Shown here: piece by piece, positions 9,667-16,978 of the stretch
Layout: each line of letters starts with the position of its first letter
How positions within the stretch are numbered: position 1 is the stretch's first letter
From: Candidatus Latescibacterota bacterium
GTDB lineage: Bacteria; Latescibacterota; UBA2968
Direction of reading: 5' to 3'
Assembly (NCBI GenBank): GCA_965205975.1
Contig: OZ242195.1
Coordinates: forward strand, 5,376,001 to 5,440,000
Length of the DNA: 64,000 bases
Translations under genes and position numbers: made by a program
Notes under the pieces: model-generated
Told to the model about the DNA's origin: nothing
Seen by the model: the letters and a program-made list of their open reading frames with translations, nothing else
The model's database searches: none

Positions 9667-10659
9667 CTATACCAGTCCCGGTGTGAAAAGTACCATATCA
9701 TCTTCAAAATTTCTCAATGGCGCTATGCCGAGTTTTTTGAGTGCGTTGTGATAGATTTTGACCCCTTCTTCAGGGCTGATAAGGCCATCTGCGATGTCGC
9801 GCAGGATTTCGACAAATGCTCTGGGATTTTCGGCTCCTTTGATGCGGCGGCCAAAGAGGGCGACGCGCGCGCCGTGTTTTTTGGCTTCGGATATGAGTTT
9901 GAATGAATCGTAAGTGGTGCTCGTTGGTCCGCCGAGTATGCCGACGACGACTGTGGAATCGTAGTTGACGAGGCTCTCCATCGCTTCTGGGCCATTGTAG
10001 GCTATTTTCAGAAATTCGGGTCGCGATGCCCGGGGTATGCCGGCGAGCATCCGGGCGATCTGGTCATTTACATAAGTGGGGATTTCTTCTGGATTCAACC
10101 CGCAGTCTGCTACATTGGGGTTAAAGACTTCGAGGAAGTATCGAAATCCTTTGCGTGTGGCTTCTGTTCTGAAGGCTTTGAACTGCATTAGTGAGAGCCA
10201 GTCTGTGTCCAGATTGTTGTTGAATGTGATGGAGTACAGGCCGAGGTCGATGTCTGGTTTCTGGTCGGGTTGGGGCAATAGTGTGCCGTATTGCGCTTCT
10301 TCAATTGTGGGTGAGGCAAAGGGGCGGGATGGTAGAGAGGTGTATTCTGCGCCTGTTGCATCCCACAGGTCGGTTGTGTCATTGGCGCGTACAGCAGGTG
10401 TTACGGGCGATGTGTCAAAGAGCCGTTTCTCATGTGCCAGGATATCCATAGTGGAGACAGAGGTCAGTAAAACATCGATTTTTGCTTGTTCAGTGATATC
10501 CACAAGGTCATCGTAATAGGCTTGTATAGATGGTGTGGCATCTGTGAGTGTTGCAATCCCTTTTGACATGTCGGGATCAGCGGCATACGCGATGATAAAG
10601 GCATCGCTGTTGGGGTTGTTGCGTATGTCGGCGAGTTTTACGTCTAATGATTTTTCCAT
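9667..10659 (-). CDS. Hypothetical protein, probable class I aldolase-like TIM barrel
   Basis: AVRANDTTD, YFLEVFNPN, FLKIAY (candidate Schiff-base Lys), VGILGG, ALFGRRI. Confidence 0.55.
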   Translation of the reverse strand: MEKSLDVKLADIRNNPNSDAFIIAYAADPDMSKGIATLTDATPSIQAYYDDLVDITEQAKIDVLLTSVSTMDILAHEKRLFDTSPVTPAVRANDTTDLWDATGAEYTSLPSRPFASPTIEEAQYGTLLPQPDQKPDIDLGLYSITFNNNLDTDWLSLMQFKAFRTEATRKGFRYFLEVFNPNVADCGLNPEEIPTYVNDQIARMLAGIPRASRPEFLKIAYNGPEAMESLVNYDSTVVVGILGGPTSTTYDSFKLISEAKKHGARVALFGRRIKGAENPRAFVEILRDIADGLISPEEGVKIYHNALKKLGIAPLRNFEDDMVLFTPGLV

Positions 10660-10743
10660 CTGTATCCTTTTCCTGTTTTGTGAATTAAGACTACATCGGC
10701 TCCGATGAATTCGATTTTTGATTTATAGGTGTTTCCCAACCAT

Positions 10744-11319
10744 TCAAATGTGGTTTTGAAAAAAACAGATGTGTGTTGGGTCTCTTTTGTAATGCCAATT
10801 TTCAAATGCGGATTTGTCGATTGCGAGTTTGGTCATGATGCCGAGTATGCCGCCTGGTTTTACAAGGTGATAAAGTCTTTGCAATTCACGTTGGGGATTT
10901 TTCAGGTGTTCGACGACTTCTGTTGCGGTTACAAAGTCGTATTCGCGCTGGAAGACTTCGGGGTTGTGTGCGTAAAATTTGTCGTATATATCGACGGTAT
11001 GTCCGCGTTCTTGCAACATGAGGGATAATGTCGGTCCGGGACCGCATCCAAAATCCAGGCCGTGCGCGCGTTTGGGTAGGCGCGCTTTTAAAGGGTTGCA
11101 AATTCGCGATAGAAATGTCCTGTATTTTGGGTCTGCGGGGTCGTTTTTGTGCAGGTCGTAGCGTTGTTTTTCCTCTTTTTCAGATAGGTGAAAAGTTTTG
11201 GGGACAAAGATGAGAGAACAATCCGTACAGATCAGGTATTCCCTGAATGCGTCGCGGAGATAGTGGGTTGTGTTCTGGCTTTTGCAAAGCGGACAGGTGT
11301 CCGCTGGAGAGTTGTGCAT
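10744..11319 (-). CDS. Class I SAM-dependent methyltransferase with N-terminal CxxC pairs; apparent frameshift near 3' end
   Basis: CPLC/CTDC, GLDFGCGPG, ATEVVEH, WHYKRDPTH; ORF stops after a T7 run while TTFEWLG... continues in another frame. Confidence 0.85.
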   Translation of the reverse strand: MHNSPADTCPLCKSQNTTHYLRDAFREYLICTDCSLIFVPKTFHLSEKEEKQRYDLHKNDPADPKYRTFLSRICNPLKARLPKRAHGLDFGCGPGPTLSLMLQERGHTVDIYDKFYAHNPEVFQREYDFVTATEVVEHLKNPQRELQRLYHLVKPGGILGIMTKLAIDKSAFENWHYKRDPTHICFFQNHI

Positions 11320-11336
11320 GATGATAGTAAATGAAG

Positions 11337-11418
11337 ATCAGTTGTCAGTTGTCGGTTGTCAGTCCCAACCACCCAACTCTGGTGGGGTCGTGCGGGGAAC
11401 TGGCTACTGGCTACTGAT
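11337..11418. repeat. Dispersed repeat, copy 2 (inverted relative to 2163-2257)
   Basis: atcagttgtcagttgtcggttgtcagtcccaaccacccaactctggtggggtcgtgcggggaactggctactggctactga. Confidence 0.85.
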
Positions 11419-11521
11419 AAATTCCCATTGTATTATTTGTGCAATCAGAATATCTTTGGCTCCGACCCTGCATAAGGTAACAATTTATCGTTTTTTCACA
11501 ATACACAAAACGGAGATTTTC

Positions 11522-13150
11522 ATGACTGGTTACGATGCTATGGCGCGTGTGCTCAAGGCAGAAGGCGTTGAGTTTCTGGTGGCTTTTCCCCATCAACACC
11601 TTATTGAGTCCGCGGCCAAAGTGGGTATTACCCCTATTATTTGTCGTCAGGAGCGCGCGGGTGTCAATATGGCCGATGGTTTTAGTCGCGTGTCCAATGG
11701 AAAAAGGTTTGGCGTTTTTACGATGCAGCAAGGTCCCGGTGCGGAAAATGCGTTTGGGGGGGTGGCGCAGGCGTTTGCAGATTCGGTGCCTGTGTTGCAT
11801 TTGCCCGGCGGGGAATCGCTGTTGCGCCAGGGTATTCATCCCACTTTTGAAGCGGTGCGGAATTACCGTCATATTACGAAGTGGGCGGCTCAAATATACG
11901 CGGTGGAGGATATTCCGGTTATGCTGCGCCGCGCGGTTGTGCAGATGAAGAGCGGGCGTTTGGGTCCTGTGTTGTTGGAGATGCCCAGAGAGGCTATGGC
12001 GGTCGAATATCCAGGTGAGGATGTCGCTTATACGCCGGTTCAGATCCGGCGTTCCACGGCTGCGTCTGAGGATGTGCGAGATATGATTACAGATCTTCTC
12101 GGTGCTCACCGTCCGGTTATTATTGCGGGGCAGGGGGTGTTGTATGCCGAGGCGACGGAGGAGTTGATTGAGTTTGCGGAGTTGACGAGTATTCCCGTGA
12201 TGACGACGCTTGCGGGCAAGAGTGCTTTTCCAGAGACGCATCCACTGTCATTGGGTACTGGCGGGCATACATATACGTTGATGGTCAAGCGGTTTTTGGC
12301 GTCGATGGATTTTGGGCTGGGGATTGGGACGAGTTTTACGCGCAATACATTTACTACGCCGATGCCAGAGGGGGTTCCTCTGGCTCAGGTGACGAATTGC
12401 GCGGAGGATATGGGCAAGGATTTCGAGGTTGCTGTGGGTGCGCTGGGGGATGCGAAGCTGGTGTTGCGGCAGATGATTGAGGAGGTTAAGCGACAGGTTG
12501 GCGAGGGTGGGCGTGAGAATGATGCTGAAGGCCGGGTTGCCGCTGTGAGCCGCGAGTTTGCCGATTTGTGGGAGCCGCATTTTACGTCGGATGAGATTCC
12601 GATCAGTCCGTATCGCGTGATTCGAGAGTTGGAAAATGCGGTCGATGTGGGCAATACGATTATTACCCACGATTCGGGTTATCCGCGGGATCAACTCGTT
12701 CCGACGTGGAAACCCGTGACACCGCGCGGGTACCTGGGATGGGGCAAGTCAACGCAACTGGGCTATGGTCTGGGGCTGGCGTTGGGCGCGAAGTTGGCCG
12801 CGCCGGAGAAGCAGGTGATCAATTTGATGGGCGATGCCGCGTTTGGGATGGCGGGACTGGATCTGGAGACGGGTGTTCGGGCAGAGATTCCGATTTTTAC
12901 GGTTGTGCTCAATAATGGGGTGATGACGAAGTACGATTCGCATATGCCGTATGCGTCAGATCGCTTTGGGAGCAATGAGATGAGCGGGAATTACACCCAG
13001 GTGAGCGCGGGGTTGGGCACACATGCCGAGCGCGTGGATACGCCCGCAGAACTCGCACCCGCGATCCATCGCGCACTCGCCGCGAATAGAGAGGGCAAAA
13101 CCGCTGTGCTGGAGGTTATGACCAAGGCAGAGCCGAATGTCCCGACGTGA
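11522..13150 (+). CDS. Thiamine pyrophosphate-dependent enzyme (acetolactate synthase-like)
   Basis: RQERAGVNMADG, QGPGAEN, GDAAFGM...VLNN TPP motif; ATG 11522 preceded by SD GGAG. Confidence 0.9.
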   Translation: MTGYDAMARVLKAEGVEFLVAFPHQHLIESAAKVGITPIICRQERAGVNMADGFSRVSNGKRFGVFTMQQGPGAENAFGGVAQAFADSVPVLHLPGGESLLRQGIHPTFEAVRNYRHITKWAAQIYAVEDIPVMLRRAVVQMKSGRLGPVLLEMPREAMAVEYPGEDVAYTPVQIRRSTAASEDVRDMITDLLGAHRPVIIAGQGVLYAEATEELIEFAELTSIPVMTTLAGKSAFPETHPLSLGTGGHTYTLMVKRFLASMDFGLGIGTSFTRNTFTTPMPEGVPLAQVTNCAEDMGKDFEVAVGALGDAKLVLRQMIEEVKRQVGEGGRENDAEGRVAAVSREFADLWEPHFTSDEIPISPYRVIRELENAVDVGNTIITHDSGYPRDQLVPTWKPVTPRGYLGWGKSTQLGYGLGLALGAKLAAPEKQVINLMGDAAFGMAGLDLETGVRAEIPIFTVVLNNGVMTKYDSHMPYASDRFGSNEMSGNYTQVSAGLGTHAERVDTPAELAPAIHRALAANREGKTAVLEVMTKAEPNVPT

Positions 13151-13259
13151 TGTAGTGTGGGTATTTTAGGATAGTTAAGTAGTCATTCTGGAGTTTTTTG
13201 GGTATATTCATAGGAAGGATAGTGGCGTCAAAGGAATGGGCTGCCATGTCCTATGTCCT

Positions 13260-13318
13260 GTCATCGCGGCATGGTCCCTGTTTACACCATACAGGGACAT
13301 GCTTTAGCCGCGATCCAG
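13260..13318. repeat. Nested palindromic REP-like element at the left edge of the accessory island
   Basis: gtcATCGCGGC atgGTCCCTGT ttacaccat ACAGGGAC atgcttta GCCGCGAT ccag: two nested stems. Confidence 0.6.
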
Positions 13319-13361
13319 AAGGTTTTTCGCTATTTTGTCAGATAAAAGGAGGTGGTTCGGC

Positions 13362-13988
13362 ATGAAAGGTGTTTTCATTTATTGGGACAATTCCAATATT
13401 TTCCATGAAGCACAACGGCTGGCAGAGGAACGGCGCGAAGGCCCCAATGCCCGTTATCGCGTGCGTATTAACTTTGATAATATACTGCGTCTGGCGCATG
13501 CTGACCGCCCTTTGAAGAAGGCTCTTGCCGCTGGCTCTGTGCCGCCGGAGATGCGCCAGTTGTGGAATCGGATGGAGAGCAAGGGGGTGGAAGTCCATCT
13601 GTTTGACCGGGGTGAATCTGCGCGTGGTGAACAGGAAATGCCTGACCGGGTGTTGCAGTTGCGGATGCTGGAAGATGCGCTGGATTATAACGGCAATCCG
13701 GGTATTGTGGTGTTGTTGACGGGCGATGGCGCAGGTTATCTGGAAGGCGCGGGTTTTCACAGTACGTTGGAGCGCATGCACAAGCGCGGCTGGCGGGTGG
13801 AAATTCTTTCCTGGAAGCATTCCTGCAACCAGCGAATGCGCAAGTGGGCGCAGGAAAACGGTGTGTTTGTGGCGTTGGACGACTTTTACGAGGCCATTAC
13901 ATTTATGGAACCGTCCAGGCCAGGGGCTGAGCTTGCTGTTCCACGCGATTCCGCAGAATTAGACTTGTCGAAAAGGCCAATGGCTTGA
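13362..13988 (+). CDS. NYN domain (PIN-like) putative ribonuclease
   Basis: IYWDNSN, QEMPD, VLLTGDG, GWRVEILSW, FVALDD acidic motifs; SD AGGAGG. Confidence 0.88.
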   Translation: MKGVFIYWDNSNIFHEAQRLAEERREGPNARYRVRINFDNILRLAHADRPLKKALAAGSVPPEMRQLWNRMESKGVEVHLFDRGESARGEQEMPDRVLQLRMLEDALDYNGNPGIVVLLTGDGAGYLEGAGFHSTLERMHKRGWRVEILSWKHSCNQRMRKWAQENGVFVALDDFYEAITFMEPSRPGAELAVPRDSAELDLSKRPMA

Positions 13989-14023
13989 TTGGGGAAGCAA
14001 ATTAACAAGTCGTAGGTATAGAA

Positions 14024-14803
14024 ATGTCAAAAATAAAAAGATGGACGCGACAGGAGTTGCTTGTAGCGTTTAGGCTTTACTGTCAAATACCATTTGGCAG
14101 ATTGCACGCACGAAATCCAGAGATTATTAAGATTGCCGAACTCATTGATAGAACGCCATCCGCATTGGCAATGAAATTAACGAATATTGCAAGTCTTGAT
14201 CCGGTTATAATCTCGACGGGTCGCAAAGGGTTATGGCGGGCATCTAAAGCGGATAGAGAAATGTGGCAAGAAATGCAAAATAATTGGGAAAATTTTGCAT
14301 TAGAGTCAGAAAACACTATCAATTCTATTCTGCAAGGTAGCGAGTCGTATGTTGCGGAAAATGAAAGTGCATCTGAATACCAGGATTACACTGGTCAGGA
14401 TAGAATTGTGCCAACCAAAACACGAATTGGTCAGAAGTTTTTCAGGAAGTCGGTGATGAGTGCTTATAGATATAGGTGCTGTATCACTGGCCTTGCCATG
14501 CCAAAACTCTTAGTAGCGAGTCATATTGTGCCGTGGCGTGATGATCCAGGGAATAGACTCAACCCGAGGAATGGGTTGGCTTTGTCAATACTTCACGACA
14601 AGGCGTTTGATCTTGGAATGATCACGATTAATGATGATATGACTGTTCGGGTATCACGGAAGGATTTTAGGGTGAAAAATAAATTTTTTGTGACTGCTTT
14701 GAGAAACTATGACGGAAAAATGATAGAGTTACCAGATAAGTTTCAGCCACATGAGAACTTTCTTGCATATCATCGTGAAAGGATATTCACGGGAAACCGC
14801 TGA
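14024..14803 (+). CDS. HNH endonuclease (predicted restriction-endonuclease-like)
   Basis: RIGQKFFR...Y..RCCITG..LLVASHIVPW...NGLAL...HDKAFD.G; N-terminal RTPSALAMKL.N.ASLDP domain. Confidence 0.9.
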   Translation: MSKIKRWTRQELLVAFRLYCQIPFGRLHARNPEIIKIAELIDRTPSALAMKLTNIASLDPVIISTGRKGLWRASKADREMWQEMQNNWENFALESENTINSILQGSESYVAENESASEYQDYTGQDRIVPTKTRIGQKFFRKSVMSAYRYRCCITGLAMPKLLVASHIVPWRDDPGNRLNPRNGLALSILHDKAFDLGMITINDDMTVRVSRKDFRVKNKFFVTALRNYDGKMIELPDKFQPHENFLAYHRERIFTGNR

Positions 14804-14812
14804 GAAGAAAGC

Positions 14813-14878
14813 ACCGATCTTTGAAGAAGTCACTTGCCGTTGATTTTGTGCCACCAGAGATGCGCCAGTTGTGGAATC
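14813..14878 (+). pseudogene. 66-bp degenerate copy of an internal segment of the NYN gene (13504-13569)
   Basis: 56/66 identical by manual alignment; reads RSLKKSLAVDFVPPEMRQLWNH* versus RPLKKALAAGSVPPEMRQLWNR. Confidence 0.85.
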
Positions 14879-14879
14879 A

Positions 14880-15761
14880 TTAGATGAATTCTTGGCCGAT
14901 TTTCCATACCCCTTTCTCGCGGAAAGCGGGAATGGTCTGGCGGCGGGCGGCGTTGGTGATAGCAGGTGCAGAGAGTCCATTCTGTCTGATGTAATCCGAT
15001 AGCTTGATGATTGCCTCTCCCTTCAAATAGCTCAATCGCTTGTGCAACGATTCTGTGAGAGCCAGTGATAGAATTCCCTCCATCGTCCTGGTCGTTCTGT
15101 TATCTCCGTAGTCTCTGAATGCCCGATAGTACGTTTCTTTCTCCGAGTTGCGGATGATAAGGCGCGGTAGGCCGAGTTGCAGGAGTTGAAAGTTGATAAT
15201 GACCCGCCCCATGCGGCCATTGCCGTCGCAAAAGGGATGAATGGTCTCGAAATCCAGATGAAATCGGGCAATTTTATCTATGAAGTAAGTGTCGAGATCA
15301 CTGGAATACTCGACGAGGATATTATCTATCATGCGCTCTACATGCTCGGGTGCTGGCGCAATATGAGTGCCTACCCGCACGTATTCTCCCTGCTGGCGAA
15401 AGCGCCCTGCAATGTCATCGTTAATGCCGCCGATAAGCATTTGATGCAAGAGTAGTATCAGGTCTTTGTTCAGTTCGCTATCTTTGGCTCTGTTGCGCTT
15501 ATATTCTGTGACACGAGCCAGGTTTTTCGCCTCAAAGACTTCCCGCACAGATACATTCCGAGATAGCATCTGTTCCAACAGGATTTTCTCTGTTTCATTG
15601 AGGGTGAGGGTGGAGTTTTCAATGGCGTTCGAGTTGTACACGCTCTCAGGTACCTCTACTTCGTCAATCATCGACAGTAGCGATTCTTTACCCTGACGCA
15701 AGATATCGTACTCTCGTTTCAGATCTTGAATGCGGTTTTTTATCGGTTGTCTGCTTGCCAT
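14880..15761 (-). CDS. Fic family protein (class II) with putative C-terminal HTH-like tail
   Basis: HPFCDGNGRMGR Fic motif; N-terminal inhibitory SNAIEN; tail LSDYIRQNGLSAPAITNAARRQTIPAFREKGVWKI. Confidence 0.93.
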   Translation of the reverse strand: MASRQPIKNRIQDLKREYDILRQGKESLLSMIDEVEVPESVYNSNAIENSTLTLNETEKILLEQMLSRNVSVREVFEAKNLARVTEYKRNRAKDSELNKDLILLLHQMLIGGINDDIAGRFRQQGEYVRVGTHIAPAPEHVERMIDNILVEYSSDLDTYFIDKIARFHLDFETIHPFCDGNGRMGRVIINFQLLQLGLPRLIIRNSEKETYYRAFRDYGDNRTTRTMEGILSLALTESLHKRLSYLKGEAIIKLSDYIRQNGLSAPAITNAARRQTIPAFREKGVWKIGQEFI

Positions 15762-15767
15762 ATCATT

Positions 15768-15860
15768 AGGATACCCTATTCACTGTATATTGTCAAATTT
15801 TAGTGAATAGATAGGTCAAAATGGACGTCATTCACTGTATATTGTCAAATTTTAGTGAAT
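15768..15860 (-). promoter_or_regulatory. Sigma70-type promoter of fic (probably leaderless) overlapped by two identical 31-bp operator-like repeats
   Basis: TTGACA (15796-15791), 17 nt, TATCCT (15773-15768), ATG 7 nt downstream; ATTCACT-N17-AGTGAAT at 15778-15808 and 15830-15860. Confidence 0.7.
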
Positions 15861-15894
15861 GGATGGGCAAAAAAGAGTGCCATTCACGGTTTTT

Positions 15895-15940
15895 TCAGGT
15901 TAAGTAGCGAAAATTTTGTATGTGAAAGCCTTTCAATATC
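15895..15940 (-). pseudogene. 5' stub of a probable AAA/OLD-type ATPase gene
   Basis: SD GAGGAG, 8 nt, then ATA (decayed ATG?) LKGFHIQNFR YLT*; resembles the MLKxxHIxNFR N-terminus of ABC/AAA ATPases. Confidence 0.5.
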
Positions 15941-15944
15941 GCTT

Positions 15945-16724
15945 TCACTCCTCGCGTGGCGCACCCGCCACTTGTAACGAAGTGCCGTGTATTTGATTGT
16001 GTTTTATATCGGGATATTCCTGCCATTGCCTTCCATCCAGCGTGTTGCCGCCAGCCTTGGGTGTGCGACCACCCCATTGCTTAAAGAAGAAAGCAACATT
16101 CTGCGCCTGACATTGATCGCGCAATTCACGTAGCCATTCCACTTTGACTGGACGTGCCCCCGGTCCGCTCTCTCCTCCGGCGATTATCCAATGAATATCC
16201 GTAAGATCCACCGTACCAAGTGCATCGAGTAACGGCTCGAATGAAACAAAGCGCGTTGAGGCGTTGGTCTGTCTCAAGTGACGTAGGCGCGTCATGGCCG
16301 CCGCGTTTTCGATGGAAACACCGAGCCAGATATGTGGCGGGGCGGACAGTCTCCCATAGCGTTGATGGACAAAATCGCGCATCAGCGAACTGCGCTTGGT
16401 CAGCACTTGATAGATGTGCCAATCCGCCTGCTCCATTGTATCAAATACACGATGGATGTACTGAGTTGGTATGTCCTTATGGAACAGGTCGCTCATCGAA
16501 TTGACAAAGATGAGTTGCGGACGCCGCCAGTGCCTGGGTTGCTCAAGGCGTTCGGGGCGAAGCGTGAGATCAAAACCCGTTTCAAAAGGGTTGCCCTTGA
16601 CGCCGCGGAAACGCTCCGATAATCGCTCGGCATAGCAATGGTCGCAACCCGCACTCACCTTTGTGCAGCCGGTGACCGGATTCCATGTGCTGTTGGTCCA
16701 CTCAATAGTGCTTTTACGCGACAT
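15945..16724 (-). CDS. DUF5131 / phage Gp37-Gp68 family protein
   Basis: IEWT..TWNPVTGCTKVSAGCDHCYA, FVNSMSDLFH, QVLTKR, FVSFEPLL, GGESG, FFFKQWGG. Confidence 0.95.
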   Translation of the reverse strand: MSRKSTIEWTNSTWNPVTGCTKVSAGCDHCYAERLSERFRGVKGNPFETGFDLTLRPERLEQPRHWRRPQLIFVNSMSDLFHKDIPTQYIHRVFDTMEQADWHIYQVLTKRSSLMRDFVHQRYGRLSAPPHIWLGVSIENAAAMTRLRHLRQTNASTRFVSFEPLLDALGTVDLTDIHWIIAGGESGPGARPVKVEWLRELRDQCQAQNVAFFFKQWGGRTPKAGGNTLDGRQWQEYPDIKHNQIHGTSLQVAGAPREE

Positions 16725-16978
16725 GTAATCCCCCTATGTGCCACTTGAAGCGTCTAAAGATTACTGCACATAAGTATAGTTTGTTCTTGCCGAAAGAGCA
16801 AGTATGTGGTATTTTCTCTCAAAAAAAGATAGGTTATATTCGGCTTATGATACTCGGCTAATGTGATGATAAGCCGAAGTCCCGCCGGTTAGGCAAATTA
16901 ATCTTACGACCTTGACAAATTGTCAATCTCAATCTAATTATATATGTCAACCTTTAATTGTACATTGGAGGTGGTTGC

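Noticed and set aside
11270..11521. N-terminal extension of the TPP enzyme
   Set aside because: Runs through the dispersed repeat and the opposite-strand gene; the SD-supported start is 11522.
13504..14878. NYN segment and its copy as a DGR template/variable repeat pair
   Set aside because: Differences are not confined to template adenines, the segment is not at the gene 3' end, and there is no reverse transcriptase in the window.
15771..15800. Xer dif-like site (TGTATA followed by TTGTCAAAT)
   Set aside because: Does not fit the 11-6-11 layout and has no XerC-like arm; better explained as the fic promoter.
15778..15890. 31-bp direct repeats as a mini CRISPR array
   Set aside because: Only two full copies, the 21-nt spacers resemble each other, the repeat contains a -35 box, and there are no cas genes in the window.
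16925..16952. Second dif-like string (ATATGTCAACC)
   Set aside because: Only a partial XerD-like arm with no matching left arm.
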